Position numbers and translations under genes: made by a program
Notes under the pieces: generated by a model
The model's input: only the letters and a program-made list of their open reading frames with translations
Database searches by the model: none
Told to the model about the DNA's origin: nothing
Shown here: in pieces, positions 19,170-27,887 of the stretch
How positions within the stretch are numbered: position 1 is the stretch's first letter
Layout of the letters: each line of letters starts with the position of its first letter
Origin: Vicinamibacterales bacterium
GTDB taxonomy: Bacteria > Acidobacteriota > Vicinamibacteria > Vicinamibacterales > UBA8438
Length of the DNA stretch: 64,000 bases
Assembly: GCA_937766455.1 (NCBI GenBank)
Contig: CALLXD010000024.1
Span: 19,519 to 83,518, forward strand
Reading direction: 5' to 3'

Positions 19170-20171
19170 ATGAGTGACAACGAGAGTGCGAGCGGGAAGG
19201 CCCCGTGGATTACCTACCGTCCGGAGTTGAAAGTATTGGACTGCACCGTCCGGGACGGTGGGCTGATCAACGACCACCAGTTCACGGACGAGTTCGTCCG
19301 TGCCGTGTATGACACCTGTCTGGCGGCTGGTATCGACTCGATGGAGATCGGCTACAAGAACTCCGAGCGCCTGTTCCCCAGAGATCAGTTTGGTGCGTGG
19401 CGTCATTGCCGCGAAGAGGATATGCGCCGTGTCGTCGGCGACCACGACGCCGAACGCACCGGGTTGAAGCTCGTCGCCATGGCTGATGCCGGCAAGAGCG
19501 ACTGGCAGACCACGATCATCCCCGCGGCCGACAGCGTGCTGGGCATGATTCGCGTCGCCTTCTACGCGCACCAAGTGTCCGAAGCGGTGGACATGATTCA
19601 GCACGCCAGTGAGCAAGGCTACGAGACCATGGCCAACCTCATGGCCGTGTCGAACATCACGGAGTCTGAAATAGACACTGTGCTGGAGGCGATTGCGCCG
19701 ACCCCGGCGTCGACCATGGTGATCGTGGACAGCTTCGGTCATCTCTATCGCGAGCAGATCGACGGTCTGTATCGGAAGTATTCGGAGGCGATGGCCGGTA
19801 CCGGCAAAGAGATCGGCATGCATGCCCATAACAACATGCAGCTGGCATTTGCCAACACGCTGGAGGCGATCATCCTGGGCGCGAACCGTGTCGACGCCAC
19901 GATGGCGGGGCTCGGACGCGGCGCCGGGAACTGCCCCATGGAGTTGCTGCTCGGTTTCCTCCGCAATCCGAAGTTCAAGCTCCGCCCCATTGTTCGACTG
20001 CTGCAGGAGCAACTGCCGGAGATTCGCAAGACCGTCGAATGGGGTCCCCTGTTGCCCTACAACATCACGGGGCAGCTGAACCTGCATCCCCGGGCCGCGA
20101 TCGGGTGGCGCTCGGGAGAGACCCCCGACGACTTCGTGGCCTTCTACGACCGCATCGTCAACGAGAAGTAG
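19170..20171 (+). CDS. DRE-TIM metallolyase (HMGL-like / pyruvate carboxyltransferase-domain aldolase)
   Basis: 333-aa ORF. Contains LDCTVRDGG (the D-x-T-x-RDG motif), MHAHNNMQLAFANTLEAI and MAGLGRGAGNCPME. Confidence 0.75.
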   Translation: MSDNESASGKAPWITYRPELKVLDCTVRDGGLINDHQFTDEFVRAVYDTCLAAGIDSMEIGYKNSERLFPRDQFGAWRHCREEDMRRVVGDHDAERTGLKLVAMADAGKSDWQTTIIPAADSVLGMIRVAFYAHQVSEAVDMIQHASEQGYETMANLMAVSNITESEIDTVLEAIAPTPASTMVIVDSFGHLYREQIDGLYRKYSEAMAGTGKEIGMHAHNNMQLAFANTLEAIILGANRVDATMAGLGRGAGNCPMELLLGFLRNPKFKLRPIVRLLQEQLPEIRKTVEWGPLLPYNITGQLNLHPRAAIGWRSGETPDDFVAFYDRIVNEK

Positions 20172-20362
20172 CGCGGGCCTCACGCTCGACCGCGTGCAGG
20201 CGTCGCCATGACCATTCAGAATAGAGGAGTGGGGAACGCTGCGGTCGCGCTGATCGTCGGTCTGGCGCGGTGTCCCCATTACAACTGGCCACGCTGGCCA
20301 CAGTGACCAGCGCGGCCGTCATTTTGGTCGCGAGTGTGGCGAGCCCAGACTCGCGTCTCGCG

Positions 20363-20914
20363 CTAGGAGGACGCGGCCTTCGCCTGTGCCTCGTACTCCA
20401 GTCGCGCCCGTGTCAGATGCGGCACGATGCCAATGAGGCGTTGGACCAGCATCAGTTGGCCGCGGTGATGCATTTCATGCTCCTTGACGGACAGCAGCAT
20501 CTCCAAGCGGCTCTTGCTGGCCGGTTCGGCGCCCGGCGGCATGGTGAACGGCTCCGCCAGGAAGTCATCCGACAGGCCCTCCAGGAAGCTCGCCCACACC
20601 GCGCCTTCTGTCTTGAGCAGCTCAACAACTTGAGCCTGCGTGCGCGCCGTTGCCTCCTGCTCGGCCAGTGATTTCATCAGCGCCATGAAGTCGACGCCCT
20701 CGAAGTTCGAGCGCGCGTCACCCGTGTGAAGCGATAGTTGAAATTGCGGGAAGACGGCGATGTGCGCCAGTGTGCCGGCGACGCTGCGCGTGCCGTCGGC
20801 TGGACAAAACCCGTACTGCGCCTCGGGAATCTCCTCGGCGATTTGAATCGTGTTCTGCCGGACAGTGCGAAAGCTGGCCGCCAGCTGGACGGCTCCGTAG
20901 TAAGTCATGGACAA
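20363..20914 (-). CDS. DinB-family (four-helix-bundle metal-binding) protein
   Basis: 183-aa ORF. Contains TLAHIAV...HEMHHRGQLMLVQRLIG, the His-triad pattern typical of the DinB/YfiT fold. Confidence 0.7.
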   Translation of the reverse strand: MSMTYYGAVQLAASFRTVRQNTIQIAEEIPEAQYGFCPADGTRSVAGTLAHIAVFPQFQLSLHTGDARSNFEGVDFMALMKSLAEQEATARTQAQVVELLKTEGAVWASFLEGLSDDFLAEPFTMPPGAEPASKSRLEMLLSVKEHEMHHRGQLMLVQRLIGIVPHLTRARLEYEAQAKAASS

Positions 20915-21112
20915 CAGTTCCTCTCAATACGCTGCGTGGGTCGGGCACCCTCACCATGCCGTGCACGTCCGCGATACGGGCTGGGAGGGCGGCGGTCCAG
21001 GAGAGACCGTGCAGACATTCTATCCGGAACGCCGAGCCGGGGCCGCGAGTACAATCAGTCAGCTCGTCACTGTCACCTCAAGCCCCGACGCCGCAAGCGG
21101 GAGACCTAACGA

Positions 21113-22762
21113 ATGCGTCGATTGTGTATCGCGTGTGTTCTGTCTGGACTGATGATCTGGCACCAGTCTGACGTGCCCGGGGCCCAGACGTCTGTGGGCA
21201 TCGGGTCCGAGCGCGCCAGCTGCGAGGCACTGCTGCAGACCCGCAACCTCACCATCACCTATGCGGGCGTCGCCACGACGGCCGACGGGACCACGTACTG
21301 CTACGTGAAGGGCATTTTGCCGCCGGCGATTCAGTTTCATGCCCAGTTGCCGCTGCCGGGGGCCTGGAACGGTCGATTTCTCAAGTGGGGCGACGGCGGG
21401 AAGGACGGCGACCTCGACTTTGCCGACCATCGCGTCGGCGAAGGGTACGCCGTGGCCAACAGCAATACTGGCCACGATAGTGGCGCCGAGCCCGGTTCGT
21501 CGTTCGCGTACCAGAATCGGCAGGCGGAAATCGACTTCGGCTACCGGGCGGTCCACTTGACGACGGTCGCCGCTAAGACCCTGGTCGGCGCGTACTACGG
21601 TCGGGCCCCGGATTACGCGTACTTCGAGGGCTGCTCCACGGGCGGGCGTCAGGGGCTGATGGAAGCGCAGCGGTATCCGGACGACTTCGACGGTATCGTC
21701 GCCGGCGCCCCCGCGAACCACTATCAGGCGATGAACGCGGTGCGGGTCTGGCTGCTTCAACGGATGTTTCGAGATGACTTCGCGGGTGCGTTGGCGTTTG
21801 ATACGGATGGGGACGGGCGGTTTGACAGCCTCCGAAAGATGGAGATGCTGGCAGAGGCGGTGCTGGCCGCCTGTGATCGGACCGATGGCATCGCGGACGG
21901 CGTGATCGATGATCCGCCACGTTGCGATTTCGACGCGGAGCGCGATTTGGCCGTCATGCAGTGCGCCGGCGACAACAATGCCGATGATTGCTTGACGGTG
22001 GCGCAGATACAGACGGTGCGCGACTTCCACGCCGGGCCCCGCGACTCGGCGGGCCGTCCGATCTACTCGGGCAAGCCGGTCGGGTCAGAGGCACAGTGGG
22101 CAGGGCTGTTTATTCCCCACCCTGGGAACCGGTTTGCCCCGGGTGCGGTTGGCTTGGGCGGTGACCACCTGAACTACCTCTTCTATGATGAGGACCCAGG
22201 CGTCGCGCCCGCAAACATGCTCGATACCTCCAGTCCGGTCGATCCCGCCGCGACTCCACCAGAGTGGGCGTGGTGGAACTTCGATATCAACGATGTGACC
22301 GCTGGCAAGGGCGATGTCATGGGGCGGATCACCGACGCCACGGCTCCTGACCTGTCACGGTTCCTGGTCGGGAACGACGGCAAATTGATCCTGTACCACG
22401 GATGGGCCGACGGGCTGGTGGTGCCGCAACCGACGCTCGCCTATTACCACGACATGGTGGAGACGACCTTTGGTGGCGATATGTCAGCCGGTCGCGAACG
22501 GGCCCGATTGTTCATGGTGCCCGGGATGGGGCACTGCAGGGGTGGCAACGGCCCGGATACCTGGGACCGCCTGCGCCCGCTCGTCGACTGGGTCGAGCGC
22601 GGCACGGCGCCCGACGCGCTCATTGCGACGCATCTGACGAATGGCGAGGTCGACAACGAGCGCCCCGTCTGCGCCGTTCCGCAGCGGGCGGTGTATACCG
22701 GGCCTGCCGGCGGAGCCGATGACCCCGCAAACTGGGTCCAGTCGAACTTTGCCTGTCGGTAA
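21113..22762 (+). CDS. Tannase / feruloyl esterase family alpha/beta hydrolase
   Basis: 549-aa ORF with signal peptide. Contains the diagnostic YFEGCSTGGRQGLMEAQRYPDDFDGIVAGAPA, a C-terminal GMGHCRGG and conserved Cys pairs. Confidence 0.85.
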   Translation: MRRLCIACVLSGLMIWHQSDVPGAQTSVGIGSERASCEALLQTRNLTITYAGVATTADGTTYCYVKGILPPAIQFHAQLPLPGAWNGRFLKWGDGGKDGDLDFADHRVGEGYAVANSNTGHDSGAEPGSSFAYQNRQAEIDFGYRAVHLTTVAAKTLVGAYYGRAPDYAYFEGCSTGGRQGLMEAQRYPDDFDGIVAGAPANHYQAMNAVRVWLLQRMFRDDFAGALAFDTDGDGRFDSLRKMEMLAEAVLAACDRTDGIADGVIDDPPRCDFDAERDLAVMQCAGDNNADDCLTVAQIQTVRDFHAGPRDSAGRPIYSGKPVGSEAQWAGLFIPHPGNRFAPGAVGLGGDHLNYLFYDEDPGVAPANMLDTSSPVDPAATPPEWAWWNFDINDVTAGKGDVMGRITDATAPDLSRFLVGNDGKLILYHGWADGLVVPQPTLAYYHDMVETTFGGDMSAGRERARLFMVPGMGHCRGGNGPDTWDRLRPLVDWVERGTAPDALIATHLTNGEVDNERPVCAVPQRAVYTGPAGGADDPANWVQSNFACR

Positions 22763-22785
22763 TCACCGAGGCTTTCGAGAGACGC

Positions 22786-23799
22786 ATGATCCGACAACAG
22801 ATACTTCGACTCCCGATGGCGGCGGTGGCTGCCGTGTTGCTGGGTGGCTCTGCCGCAAGCGGCCAGTCTGCGCCAGATCCCGGTACATGGGTCAGCCCCC
22901 GCACCGCCGACGGCCAGCCGGACCTGCAAGGGCTCTGGAACAACACCACGATCACGCCGTTCGAGCGTCGTCCGGGCCAGGCCGAGTTCATCACCGAGGA
23001 TGACGCCGCGGCGGCTGAACGCTCGGCGATCGAGCGGCGAGCGGAGGCCAACGCGCCGAGTATGCCGCGCACCGAACCGCTGCCTGCGGGCGGGAGCACG
23101 GGGTCCGTGAACCAGTTCTGGTTCGGGCCGCGGTTTCAGATCGTGGGAAGTCGACGGAGTTCGCTGGTGATTGACCCGCCAGATGGCCGTGTGCCGCTGA
23201 GGCCGGAGGCGGAGGCGCGACGGGATTATCTGGTCGAGCATCGCACCGACCGCGTCGAGAACATGAGCGTCTATAGCCGGTGCATTACGCGTGGTGTGCC
23301 TGGGACCATGTTCCCGCAGGCCTACAACAACGGTTACCAGATTCTGCAGATTCCGGGGTTCGTGGTGATTCGGGCGGAAATGATGCACGTGCGTATCATC
23401 CCGCTTGACGCCGGTCCGCACATACCCACGCCGATCCGCGGATGGATGGGTGACTCGCGCGGCCGGTGGGAGGGTGACACGCTGGTGGTGGAAACCACCA
23501 ACTTCGACGCGAAAGGATGGATCTCGTCGAACGCGTCGGCGGGGCGGATGCATGCTGTGCCGCAAACCGATGCATTGCACATCGTCGAGCGGTTCCGGCG
23601 GACGGCCGAGGACACCATCACCTGGCAGGCCACGGTCACGGATCCGGACGTCTATGCGGCGCCCTGGACCGTCGAGGTGCCCTTTACCAGTCGACCCGAC
23701 TACATCATTTACGAGTACGCCTGCCACGAAGGCAACCACGCCGTCCAAGGCGTCATGGGCGCCGAGCGCGTCGTCGAGCGACGAGCCGGCTCCCGGTAG
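22786..23799 (+). CDS. Secreted protein of the PDLQG/ACHEGN family (paralog 3 of 5)
   Basis: Signal peptide present. Motifs GQPDLQGLWNN, TPFERR, SVNQFW, SSLVIDPPDGRVP, YSRC, YNNGYQ, VRIIPLD, WEGDTLVVETTNF and YEYACHEGNHA. Confidence 0.8.
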   Translation: MIRQQILRLPMAAVAAVLLGGSAASGQSAPDPGTWVSPRTADGQPDLQGLWNNTTITPFERRPGQAEFITEDDAAAAERSAIERRAEANAPSMPRTEPLPAGGSTGSVNQFWFGPRFQIVGSRRSSLVIDPPDGRVPLRPEAEARRDYLVEHRTDRVENMSVYSRCITRGVPGTMFPQAYNNGYQILQIPGFVVIRAEMMHVRIIPLDAGPHIPTPIRGWMGDSRGRWEGDTLVVETTNFDAKGWISSNASAGRMHAVPQTDALHIVERFRRTAEDTITWQATVTDPDVYAAPWTVEVPFTSRPDYIIYEYACHEGNHAVQGVMGAERVVERRAGSR

Positions 23800-23813
23800 G
23801 GCCGGTCACAGCG

Positions 23814-24032
23814 CTACCACCCGAGACGGATCGCGTACCAGAGGGCCAGGGCGATGAGCAGTCCAACCCCGAGCAACGCGATCACGCTCGTGGTGAAGTA
23901 CGGATACACCATCAAGAGCAGGCCTGCCGTCAGCTGTGGCCACCGCTGCTGCTTTTTCCCGTAGACGAAGAGGACGAACCCGGCCGCACCTGGGATGAGA
24001 GACAGAAAGAGCCAAGCGGGGTCAAAAGACAT
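23814..24032 (-). CDS. Small two-TM membrane protein (hypothetical)
   Basis: 72-aa ORF with two clear hydrophobic helices (WLFLSLIPGAAGFVLFVY / VIALLGVGLLIALALWYAI). It fills the gap between convergent genes. No function is inferred. Confidence 0.45.
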   Translation of the reverse strand: MSFDPAWLFLSLIPGAAGFVLFVYGKKQQRWPQLTAGLLLMVYPYFTTSVIALLGVGLLIALALWYAIRLGW

Positions 24033-24142
24033 AGCTCAGGTGTAAGCGTATCGCGGGGAGCGGTGGCAGTGCGCCGCGCGTGCCGCGGTCAACTCTGGCT
24101 ACGCGTCGTTGCGCGAGTACAATCGCGCGGTACCGTGAATTT

Positions 24143-24967
24143 ATGTTCCCTTCAGTAGACACCTACGCGTTCGATCTCGACCGGGTCCGGCGCGCGCACG
24201 CGCGGCGCAGGGCGCGGCATGGGGCGGTCGCTGTCTTCGCGGTCTGCGTTGCCTTGTGGGCGTCTGGCGTCTCGGCTCAGCCAGCCGATCTGGCGCAGGG
24301 CAAGCGGCTTTTCGAGAGCCAGTGCGGTAGTTGCCACGGTCCTCTTGGGAACGGCGGAAAGGGAGCCAACCTGGCCCAGCCTCGGCTGCGCCGGGCATCA
24401 GACGACGAGGCGCTGTTCAATATCATTCGGCGTGGAATCAGGGGGACCGAGATGCCGGGCTCGCCACTGACACCAAGCCAGGTGTCGAGCATCGCGGCCT
24501 ATGTGAGGACGCTGGGCCGCGTCGCCCCCGAGAACATCCCCGGCGACCGCATCCAGGGGCAAGGAGTCTATGCGTCGCTCGACTGCGCGCGGTGCCATAC
24601 CGTGGGTGGTCGTGGCGGGGTGGTCGGCCCCGGCCTCGGCGATATCGGAGCCCGTCGCAGTGCCGCCCACCTGCGCGAAGCGCTGACCGACCCCGCGGCT
24701 TCAGTGCCCAGTGGCTTTCTCCAGCTCCGTGTTGTCGCCCGAGACGGTCGTGCGTTTTCTGGGATCCGGGTCAATGAGGACGCATTTTCGGTGCAGTTCC
24801 TGGACCTCCAGGGGCGTCTGCACTCTTTCTGGAAAGACGAACTAGACGTCTTGGACCAGCAGTGGCAGCGGTCGCCGATGCCGAGTTATGCGGGCAGGCT
24901 GACCGCGGACGAGACCGATGATCTGGTCGCGTATCTGGTCTCGCTCAAGGGAGTTACGGACGAATGA
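24143..24967 (+). CDS. Dihaem c-type cytochrome (second domain resembles the Pirellula/Verrucomicrobium-type haem-binding domain)
   Basis: Signal-anchor AVAVFAVCVALWASGVSA. Two CxxCH motifs (CGSCHG, CARCHT). The second domain continues ...GPGLGDIG...LREALTDP...MPSY...L..DETDDLVAYL. Its stop overlaps the next gene's ATG (ATGA at 24964-24967). Confidence 0.8.
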   Translation: MFPSVDTYAFDLDRVRRAHARRRARHGAVAVFAVCVALWASGVSAQPADLAQGKRLFESQCGSCHGPLGNGGKGANLAQPRLRRASDDEALFNIIRRGIRGTEMPGSPLTPSQVSSIAAYVRTLGRVAPENIPGDRIQGQGVYASLDCARCHTVGGRGGVVGPGLGDIGARRSAAHLREALTDPAASVPSGFLQLRVVARDGRAFSGIRVNEDAFSVQFLDLQGRLHSFWKDELDVLDQQWQRSPMPSYAGRLTADETDDLVAYLVSLKGVTDE

Positions 24968-26586
24968 CGACGTCATCGCCACCCTTTCGCCTCCCCATCA
25001 TGGTCGCGATGCTGGTGTCTGTGCTGGTCGCGGTGCCGGGTCGCGCACCCGGGCAGGTGCCTTACGAAAGAATCCTGGACGCGGCGTCTGAGCCGGAGCA
25101 TTGGCTGACGTATTCGGGAACCTACGGGGCGCAGCGCTACTCCACGCTGGACCAGATCGACCGTGACAACGTCGGTGAGCTTCAGCCGGCGTGGATCTAT
25201 CAGGCCCGCTCGCTGCAGAAGTTCGAGGTGTCGCCGCTGGTGGTGGATGGGGTCATGTACATCACCGAGGCGCCGTCGGACGCGACGGCGCTCGATCTCC
25301 GGACCGGACGACCCATTTGGAGCTACCGACGGTCGCTCCCGCAGGGCATTGTGACCTGCTGCGGACAGGTAAACCGTGGGGTGGCGCTGCTGGATGATCA
25401 GGTCTTTCTCGGCACCGTCGATGCGCACCTGGTGGCGCTCGACGCCAGGACCGGCCGTGTGCGCTGGGACGTCGAGGTCGCCGACTACGAGCTCGGCTAT
25501 TCGGTGACCGTCGCACCGCTCGCGCTGAAGGACAAAATCATTGTGGGCATTTCCGGCGGCGAGTATGGCATTCGCGGCTTCCTCGATGCCTATGACCCTC
25601 TCACGGGTGAGCGGCTCTGGCGGTTCTGGACCGTGCCCGGGCCGGGAGAGGCCGGACACGATACGTGGTCGGGAGATAGCTGGCAGAGGGGCGGGGCGCC
25701 GACCTGGGTGACCGGTGCATACGATCCCGAACTGGACCTCCTCTACTGGGGAACCGGGAATCCTGGTCCGGATTTCATCGGGGAGGTGCGCGAGGGCGAC
25801 AACCTCTATTCAGAGTCGCTGCTCGCGCTGGACCCCGACACAGGCGAGCTGAAGTGGCATTTTCAGTTCCTCCCGCACGACATCCACGACTACGACTCGA
25901 CCCAGGTCCCCGTGCTGCTCGACGCCGATTTTGAAGGCCAGCCGCGGCAACTCGTGGTCTTTCCGAATCGCAACGGTTTTTACTACGTACTGGACAGGGT
26001 GACTGGCGAGTTCCTCGTTGGGAAAGCGTTTGCCAAACAGACCTGGGCACTAGGTCTGGATGAGGACGGCCGGCCCATCGAGAACCCCGACACCATTCCA
26101 ACCGCGGAGGGGGCCGTGGTCTACCCGGACGACGATGGGGCGGCCAACTGGTACAGTCCCACCTACAGTCCGCAGACGAACCTGATCTACCAGAACGTGC
26201 GAGAAAAGGGCGGCGTCTACTATCTGGCCGACGCGACATACGAGCCGGGCAAGATCTACATGGGCGCGAGCCGTCGGGTTGTGGACGGAGAGGATCCCCA
26301 GGGGTTCCTGCGGGCCCTCGACCCCCTGACCGGTGATCTCGTGTGGGAGATCGCGGTGCGCGCGCCGCCGTGGGCCGGACTGATGTCCACCGCGGGCGGC
26401 CTGGTGTTCTCGGGCACCATGGAGGGCGATTTCTTCGCAGCCGATGCACAGACAGGTGATGTCCTGTGGCGGTTCCAGACAGGCGGGGCGGTGTACGCCA
26501 ATCCGATCACCTATCTGAGCGAGGGACGGCAGTTCGTCGCGATCGCCGCGGGCAACTCGCTGGTGACGTTCGCACTGCCAGACTGA
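24964..26586 (+). CDS. PQQ-dependent dehydrogenase, methanol/ethanol family (Cys-Cys present; D-Y-D motif)
   Basis: 540-aa ORF with signal peptide. Contains WLTYSGTYGAQRYSTLDQI, VTCCGQVNRG (vicinal disulfide), ISGGEYGIRGFLDAYD, WQRGGAPTW, YWGTGNPGP, LPHDIHDYDSTQ and NRNGFYYVLDR. Confidence 0.9.
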   Translation: MTTSSPPFRLPIMVAMLVSVLVAVPGRAPGQVPYERILDAASEPEHWLTYSGTYGAQRYSTLDQIDRDNVGELQPAWIYQARSLQKFEVSPLVVDGVMYITEAPSDATALDLRTGRPIWSYRRSLPQGIVTCCGQVNRGVALLDDQVFLGTVDAHLVALDARTGRVRWDVEVADYELGYSVTVAPLALKDKIIVGISGGEYGIRGFLDAYDPLTGERLWRFWTVPGPGEAGHDTWSGDSWQRGGAPTWVTGAYDPELDLLYWGTGNPGPDFIGEVREGDNLYSESLLALDPDTGELKWHFQFLPHDIHDYDSTQVPVLLDADFEGQPRQLVVFPNRNGFYYVLDRVTGEFLVGKAFAKQTWALGLDEDGRPIENPDTIPTAEGAVVYPDDDGAANWYSPTYSPQTNLIYQNVREKGGVYYLADATYEPGKIYMGASRRVVDGEDPQGFLRALDPLTGDLVWEIAVRAPPWAGLMSTAGGLVFSGTMEGDFFAADAQTGDVLWRFQTGGAVYANPITYLSEGRQFVAIAAGNSLVTFALPD

Positions 26587-26683
26587 CGTCGCCACGGCGA
26601 TGGCCCTTGAGCGGAGTGGTGTCGGGGGCGTAGGATGCACGAGTCGGATAGTCAATGTTCACTATGAGTAGCGAGGGGGAACC

Positions 26684-27693
26684 ATGCGCCATCGATCGAT
26701 CGCGTCCGTGAGTGCCGTTGCCGTGCTGGTCGCGGGTGTCTCGACGGGAGCCGCGCCGGTGGCGGCCCAGTCTGCCGCGGTGGCCACGGAGTGGGGACAC
26801 CCGGATCTACGTGGGATCTGGGATTTCCGCACACATCACGCCACTGGAGCGTCCGGAGGAGCTCGGTGACAAGGCGTTTCTGACCGAGGAAGAGGCGGCC
26901 AACCTCGAACAGGAGGTCGTCGAGCGCAACGCGCGACTCGCGACTCGCTCCGCCGAACGCACCACGGCCGCGAATCAGGTGGACCGGCGCGCCGACGGGA
27001 CCCCCGGTTTCTACAACAATTTCTGGTTGGACCAGGGCACGCGGGCGGTTGAGACACGCCGCACGTCGCAAATCGTCGATCCGCCGAATGGCCGGGTGCC
27101 TGCGCTTACGCGCGGCGGGGCAGGCCCGGGCCGACGCCAGTCGACTGTATCGGGAAGAGCATCCGGCAGATTCGTGGGTGGACCGCACCACCTCTGACCG
27201 ATGCCTACTGGGATTCAACGCCGGTCCGCCGCTCACCCCGGGCGGATACAACCAGAACCTGCAGATTTTCCAGACGCCGGACCACGTCGTGCTGGTGACC
27301 GAGATGGTCCATACCGTGCGGGTGGTACCGCTGGACGGCCGTCCAGCCCTCGGCGACGATCTGCGCCAGTGGTCGGGCGATGCGCGTGGCCACTGGGAGG
27401 GCGACACTCTCGTCGTCGAGACGTCCAATTTCAGCGACGAGAGACGGTGGAGGAACACCACCGACAGCCTGACGCTGGTGGAGCGCTACACCCGGGTTGA
27501 TGCGGACACGCTCGAGTACGAGTACACCGTGACTGACCCGGAGACCTGGACGAGTCCCTGGACGGCGTCCCTGCCGTTGCAACGCACCGACGTGCCGATG
27601 TTCGAGTACGCCTGCCACGAAGGCAACCACAGCATGGACGGCATTCTGGGCGGGCATCGCGCCGACGAGCGGGCGGCCGCGGCAGGTCGCTAG
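26684..27693 (+). pseudogene. PDLQG/ACHEGN family (paralog 4 of 5), two frame interruptions (~26827 and ~27108-27115)
   Basis: Three collinear pieces: 26684-26869 (signal, GHPDLRGIWDF), 26712-27197 (HITPLERP...FYNNFW...TSQIVDPPNGRVPALT) and 27049-27693 (SDRC...YNQN...VRVVPLDGRP...WEGDTLVVETSNF...FEYACHEGNHS). Removing one base at each junction restores a family-like sequence. Confidence 0.8.
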
Positions 27694-27887
27694 AGCGACG
27701 GGGCGGAGCGCTGATTCGATCTCATGCAGGCCGGTGAGATCTATCGTCACGCGATCGGTATCAGGTCCTTACTGATCGTGGAAGCGGCCCCCCAGAGGTG
27801 TCCGTGGCCTCGTACCTCGTCTCGTCATCGGCGGGTGGGCAATGACCCCCATTTCCTCCCTTGGGCGACGGCATTCGGAGGCTCACC

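Noticed and set aside
19086-20279. 397-aa ORF on the minus strand covering the whole DRE-TIM aldolase gene
   Set aside because: It is the antisense shadow of a gene with clear family motifs. Its translation is Arg/His/Gly/Val-rich with no motifs. Long antisense ORFs are expected at this GC content.
22444-23748. 434-aa minus-strand ORF opposite PDLQG/ACHEGN paralog 3. Similar long antisense ORFs occur at 6555-7676, 21059-22030, 28912-29961, 32843-33994, 42955-43926, 46976-47986 and 36238-37230.
   Set aside because: All lie opposite plus-strand genes with strong family signatures. Their compositions are Arg/Pro/Gly-rich and motif-free, so they are high-GC frame artefacts.
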